Origin: an uncultured Candidatus Binatia bacterium
GTDB taxonomy: Bacteria > Desulfobacterota > Binatia > UBA9968 > JAJDTQ01
DNA: 64,000 nt
Direction of reading: 5' to 3'
Assembly (NCBI GenBank): GCA_964291295.2
Contig: OZ219754.1
Span: forward strand, 2,688,001 to 2,752,000
The translations under genes were made by a program, and so were the position numbers. Below are positions 59,666 to 64,000 of this stretch, piece by piece. Positions within the stretch are counted from its first letter, which is position 1; every line of letters starts with the position of its first letter. The notes under the pieces are model-generated. The model saw only the letters and a list, made by a program, of their open reading frames with translations. It was not told the DNA's origin and made no database searches.

Positions 59666-61714
59666 TCAGGCGAGGCCGAGCCGGACGAACAGCTCTCCCG
59701 GGGGAAAGGGCAGGCGCAGTCCATAGTCGAAGAGGCCGAAGAAGAAGATCCAGGCCACCGCGGCGAGTGCGACGCTGATGCCCCACTTCTCGCCGGCCCC
59801 CAGCCTGAGATAGGCGACGGTGGCCACCGCCGACGCGATGATGAAGCCGAGAAGCCAGATGATGAGGAAGAAGCCTGCGGTCCAGGCGACGATGGCCGCG
59901 GTGCGGCGGCGCAGCGACGCACGCTCCGCCGCCATGGCGGCGGCCGCCGCCGGTGCCGGTGCACGGAATTCCTGAAACAACGCCAGACTCGCCAGCGCCA
60001 GACTCGGCAACCCCACGGCCAAGGGGAACAGCGCGGCCTGCTTCTCCATGGCACCGAAACCGTAGAGCGCCTCGCAGACCACATAGACAAAGATGGCCAC
60101 GAACATTCCGGCGAAAAGCGCGCGTTCCGTTCCGGACGCTTCTCCCGCTCCCTCCGGGCCGTCGACCGGTGCTTTCTGCTCTTCTTCTTCCCTGCTTCGG
60201 GTTTGCCTGCGCGCCTGCCACAGCGGGTAGAGCAACGCTCCGGCGATCATGAGCCCGATGACGATCACCCCGGGCCGTGTCACCCAGCTCATGCCGTAGA
60301 TCCTGGTGGTGAGAAACAGGTTGTTGTCGGCGATCCCCCCCAGCACGAGCCCGAGCAGCAAGGGAGGGCGTTGCCAGTCGCTGCGGAGCATCAACCAGCC
60401 CAGCGCGCCGAACAGCAGCACCACGATCATGTCGCCGAAGCTGTTCTTGACCGCGAAGCCGCCCAGGAAAATGAGCAGCAGCAGGAACGGTATGAGATAG
60501 GTGCCCTTGACAAAGGTGATCCTGGCCAACTGCTTGAGAAAGAGGAAGCAGACCGCCACCGTGACGATATTGGAGAGGACGATGATCCAGACGAAGGAAA
60601 ACGTGAGGCTCAGGTGCTTTTGAGGGTCCAACAGGTCTGGGCCGGGGACGATACCCTGGATGATGAACGCCCCCAGCAGGATCGCCATACCCACGCTGCC
60701 GGGCACACCGAAGGCGATGGTGGGAACCAGCGAGCCTCCCTCCTTGGAGTTGTTGGCGGCGCCGGGTCCCAGCACCCCTTCCACGGCCCCTTGGCCGAAG
60801 CGGGTCTGGTCCGGGCCGCTCTGGACCGCGTGGGCGTAGGCCACCCATTGGGCCGGGCCGCCCCCAAGACCCGGGATGAGCCCGATGTAGGTACCGATGG
60901 CGCTGCAGCGGAGCACCAGCTTCCAGTGCCGGAAGGTGTCCCGGACCCCTTGCATCACCCCGCCCAGGGCACCGGACGTGTCGCGGGCGATGCTGCTCCC
61001 CCGAGTCCCGAGCTCGATGATCTCCGGGATGGCGAAAAGCCCCACGGTCACGGCCACCAGGGAAAGGCCGTCCCACAGGAACAGGACGTTGTCGCTGCCC
61101 AGGACCGGCTCCAGGGTGTAGCGCGATACGCTGGTGATGGCGTCGAGTCCCACCATGGCCAGCACCAGGCCGAAGCCGCCGGCGGTGAGACCCTTGGCCA
61201 GATTGCCGCCGCTCAGGGACGCCAGGAAAGTGATACCCAGGAGGCTGAGCATCAAGAACTCGGGCGCGCCGATGGAGAGCACCAGCGGCTGGACGATGGG
61301 GATGGCCAGGGCCAGCGCGAAGGCGCCGAAAACGGCTCCCACCAAGGAACTCATGAGCGCGGCGCCCAGGGCGCGTCCGGCCTCGCCGCGCTTGGCCATG
61401 GCGTGACCATCGACGATGGTGGCGGCGGTGATGCCTTCGCCCGGAACCCCGAACAACACCGAGGTGATGTCGCCGGTGGTGGCGGTAACCGCGTGGCTAC
61501 CCAGCAGAAACGCGAAGGCCGTGGTGGGGTCCATCCTGTAGATGAACGGCAGCATCAGGGCCAGCGTGGTGGCACCTCCGAGCCCTGGCAGGATGCCCAC
61601 GGCAAAGCCGATGGCGATGCCGATCAACATGAACAGGAAGGGGTCCTGCCCGGCTGCGGAGAAAGGCAGTACGGCCGTCAGGCCGGCGGCCAGGGAGCCG
61701 AAGTAGTCGAGCAT
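59666..61714 (-). CDS. Tripartite tricarboxylate transporter permease TctA fused to a TctB-like domain
   Basis: GILPGLG, SVLFGVPG, AANNSKEGGSLVPTIAFGVPG; extra ~170-aa C-terminal 4-TM domain ending LRLPFPPG. Confidence 0.9.
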   Translation of the reverse strand: MLDYFGSLAAGLTAVLPFSAAGQDPFLFMLIGIAIGFAVGILPGLGGATTLALMLPFIYRMDPTTAFAFLLGSHAVTATTGDITSVLFGVPGEGITAATIVDGHAMAKRGEAGRALGAALMSSLVGAVFGAFALALAIPIVQPLVLSIGAPEFLMLSLLGITFLASLSGGNLAKGLTAGGFGLVLAMVGLDAITSVSRYTLEPVLGSDNVLFLWDGLSLVAVTVGLFAIPEIIELGTRGSSIARDTSGALGGVMQGVRDTFRHWKLVLRCSAIGTYIGLIPGLGGGPAQWVAYAHAVQSGPDQTRFGQGAVEGVLGPGAANNSKEGGSLVPTIAFGVPGSVGMAILLGAFIIQGIVPGPDLLDPQKHLSLTFSFVWIIVLSNIVTVAVCFLFLKQLARITFVKGTYLIPFLLLLIFLGGFAVKNSFGDMIVVLLFGALGWLMLRSDWQRPPLLLGLVLGGIADNNLFLTTRIYGMSWVTRPGVIVIGLMIAGALLYPLWQARRQTRSREEEEQKAPVDGPEGAGEASGTERALFAGMFVAIFVYVVCEALYGFGAMEKQAALFPLAVGLPSLALASLALFQEFRAPAPAAAAAMAAERASLRRRTAAIVAWTAGFFLIIWLLGFIIASAVATVAYLRLGAGEKWGISVALAAVAWIFFFGLFDYGLRLPFPPGELFVRLGLA

Positions 61715-61734
61715 GGCCTACGCGGCGCCGGGCC

Positions 61735-63240
61735 TCACCATGGTTCGAGGCCGGCCGCGTTGCGGCCGGCGATGCGGCCGGTGACGAAGCACTCGGTGAT
61801 GTTGCCCGCTTCCAGGTAGAGGTGGCCGAAGGAGGAGCCGCATTCCCCCGCGGAGAAGAGCCGCCGGATGGGCTCATGGCGCACGTCCATGACGTGCTGT
61901 TGGGCATCGTGAACCGGTCCGCCCTGGGTGTTGGAGACGATGGGCCACACCTCCATCAGGTAGAACGGCGGGGTGTCGATGGACAGGCGCGTGCCCGGGA
62001 GCCGGTGGTAGCGGTCCGTTCCCCCGCTGGCGCACACCCGGTTCCACTCCGCCACCGTGGCCGCCAGGGTTGCGGCGTCGGCCGGGATCATGGCGGCGAT
62101 GCCCCGGAGATCGTCGGCCTTCCTGATCCAGCCCCGTTCCACCTCCGCCAGGTTGTCCTCGCTCCAGTCGTAGGAAACGTTCTCGTCGTGCACCGTCGGC
62201 TGCCCCACCGGGCCGAGCTTGCGACCTTTCTCGTCGAACACCAGATAGGCGGGGATGCGGGGAAACTCCTGCTTGTCGGCGTCGTAGAACTCCAGTGCCC
62301 GGTGACCGGTGTCCTGCACCGCCGGCGGGTACTCGTTCATGAATCGCCGTCCGTACTTGTCCACCGCGATCCAGGGCATGATCCAGTCGTCCTTGCGCGG
62401 TCCCCTGAAGCAGTGCCGGAAGGCCAGCGGGAACTCGGGGTACTTGAAGCCGTAGCTGCCGTGGAAATGCCACATGTGCCACATCGAGGCCCCCACCTCC
62501 TGGGCCATGGTGATGCCGTCGCCGGTGTTGCCGGTGAACAGGGTGTACACTGGCATGGCCTCGAAATAGTTGCGCTTCATCTCGTCGTTGTTCTCGAAGC
62601 CGCCACAGGCCAGGATCACCCCACGCCGCGCCTTGATGGCGACTTCCCGCCCCCCGTGCTCGGCCACCAGCCCGACGATGCCGTGGTCCGGATGCCGTAT
62701 CAGCCGTCTGGCCGGCGTGGCCAAACGCACCGCAATGCCGGGGCGGGCTTCGACGTTGTCCAGCAGGACCTTGAAAAGACGCGCCCCTCCGCGCAGGCCC
62801 TTGGCCCATTCGAACCCCTGGTAGCCTTCCATGGGCGCGATCTTGAAGCCGTCCAGCCCCTCTCCGCCGGGGAAGGGATAGGTGCCGCCGTTCCGCTGCT
62901 CTTCCAGCTCGAACGGGGTTTCCTTCACCAGCGCCTTCACGAAGTCCTTCATCTCCGTCATGCCCTTGGCCAGGGCCCGGAGCACGTCGTCCGGAGTGCG
63001 GCCCGCGTTGGTATGGCGCAGGTATTCGAAGGCCTTGTTCTCGTCCATGGCGGTGGCGATGCCGCCGCCCGCGAGGATCGAGATGCCACCCGGGTTGGCC
63101 ATCTTCTCCACGATGGTGGCTTCGGCCCCGGAGTCCGCCGCCACCACCGCGGCCACGCCCCCGGCAAAGCCGAAGCCGATCACCAGCACATCCGTCTCGA
63201 CGTCCCAGAGGACCGGAAGACCCTTATCCAACGTGTCCAA
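61735..63240 (-). CDS. FAD-dependent oxidoreductase (3-ketosteroid dehydrogenase / flavocytochrome c / TcuA-like)
   Basis: DVLVIGFGFAG, GVILACGGFE, NTGDG, TQGGP, LFSAGE, GRIAG; TTG start after GGGAGAG. Confidence 0.88.
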   Translation of the reverse strand: MDTLDKGLPVLWDVETDVLVIGFGFAGGVAAVVAADSGAEATIVEKMANPGGISILAGGGIATAMDENKAFEYLRHTNAGRTPDDVLRALAKGMTEMKDFVKALVKETPFELEEQRNGGTYPFPGGEGLDGFKIAPMEGYQGFEWAKGLRGGARLFKVLLDNVEARPGIAVRLATPARRLIRHPDHGIVGLVAEHGGREVAIKARRGVILACGGFENNDEMKRNYFEAMPVYTLFTGNTGDGITMAQEVGASMWHMWHFHGSYGFKYPEFPLAFRHCFRGPRKDDWIMPWIAVDKYGRRFMNEYPPAVQDTGHRALEFYDADKQEFPRIPAYLVFDEKGRKLGPVGQPTVHDENVSYDWSEDNLAEVERGWIRKADDLRGIAAMIPADAATLAATVAEWNRVCASGGTDRYHRLPGTRLSIDTPPFYLMEVWPIVSNTQGGPVHDAQQHVMDVRHEPIRRLFSAGECGSSFGHLYLEAGNITECFVTGRIAGRNAAGLEPW

Positions 63241-63391
63241 GGTTTCTCTCCCTTCAAACCGGATGCAACCGAGCCTGCTGGCCGCTCGGGCGAGCCGCTT
63301 CGGCGCTGCCGGGATGATACCTGTGGCAGCGCCGGCCAGGATGTGGCCGCGCGCGAGCACTCCGACACCGCCAGGCACGCTCCGGGATGTA

Positions 63392-63477
63392 TGGCTCCGG
63401 AGTTGTGGCTCCGGAGTTGTGGCTCCGGAGTTGTGGCTCCGGAGTTGTGGCTCCGGAGTTACCGCTCCGGAGTTGTG
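63392..63477. repeat. 14-bp tandem repeat (TGGCTCCGGAGTTG), about 6 copies
   Basis: Four perfect copies and two degenerate ones; each contains the palindrome CTCCGGAG; no spacers. Confidence 0.95.
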
Positions 63478-63553
63478 AAAATCGGCGGCAACTCCCGCGC
63501 GAGCGCCGATACACCGGCTAACAAGGCCGGCTTTCCCCTGTCAACCGGCGGGG

Positions 63554-64000
63554 CTACCGCAGCCGTTCAGGCAACGGCATTTCCAGCAGTTCCCGGCGTT
63601 CGGTGAGACCCGCGGCCCGTCCTCGGTACGGCAGGATCCCGAGATGCTCCAGGAACCGGCCCGGCAGGGAATCCGCCGGGAACCCGGCCGCCAGTTTCCC
63701 GTGTTCGGCAATGGCTTCGGCAAAGAGCCGCAGCGTGGATTTCCGGCGTGGAAACAGGCGCAGCCGAATGGCGGCGTCCGGTGCGAGGCTGGCGGCCTCG
63801 CGGGCCGCTCGCAGTGTCGCGGCATAGCCGCCCAGTTCATCCACCAGTCCGTGCTCCCTGGCGTCGACGCCGCTCCAGACCCGTCCCTTGGCCACCACCC
63901 GCACCTCCTCCGGTGACAGCCCTCGGCCCTGCGCCACCTTGGACACGAAGTCTTCGTAGACGACGTCGAGCAGATGGTCCAGCCGTTTGCGCTGTTCGGG
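63554..64000 (-). CDS. sppA: Signal peptide peptidase SppA (3' portion; 5' end outside window)
   Basis: YEDFVSKVAQGRGL...VAKGRVWSGVDA...GLVDELGG. Confidence 0.88.
   Translation of the reverse strand, partial: PEQRKRLDHLLDVVYEDFVSKVAQGRGLSPEEVRVVAKGRVWSGVDAREHGLVDELGGYAATLRAAREAASLAPDAAIRLRLFPRRKSTLRLFAEAIAEHGKLAAGFPADSLPGRFLEHLGILPYRGRAAGLTERRELLEMPLPERLR

Noticed and set aside
63392-63477. Possible CRISPR array
   Set aside because: The repeats are contiguous 14-mers with no spacers, and there are no cas genes.

Overview
High-GC bacterial chromosomal segment whose gene order resembles a deltaproteobacterium; the taxonomy is an inference. Left part (1-36 kb): a partial ggt, an alpha/beta hydrolase, DUF1178 and a flavin reductase, then a complete ccmABCDEFGH(I) operon on the minus strand. 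A long plus-strand housekeeping run follows: icd, mdh, sucCD, ndk, rlmN, mtnP, pfkB, ugd, lepAB, carAB, recG, aminotransferase, hom, miaB, DUF151 and a TPR protein. This run includes a degenerate NUDIX gene and a frameshifted PhtD-like pseudogene. A 28-bp XerCD dif-like site at 36212-36239 sits where gene orientation flips, suggesting the replication terminus. Right part (36.5-64 kb) is accessory catabolism. The main finding is a sulfide:quinone oxidoreductase (SQR)-like gene whose second catalytic Cys position is an in-frame UGA. A SECIS-like hairpin and an intact SQR C-terminus follow the UGA, making this a candidate selenoprotein. It is coupled to a persulfide dioxygenase-rhodanese gene. 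Next is a regulator-less divergent cluster (amidohydrolase, HO-like diiron enzyme, cyclase and atypical DapA-family enzyme versus an orphan Mo-hydroxylase large subunit, LLM, UbiD and ABC transporter, with VOC and YciI). The rest is tRNA-Arg(CCT), GST, a split Fe-S hydro-lyase, Tct transport genes, an FAD dehydrogenase with a collapsed paralog remnant, a 14-bp tandem repeat and the 3' end of sppA. All calls come from motif recognition by eye; no searches were run.
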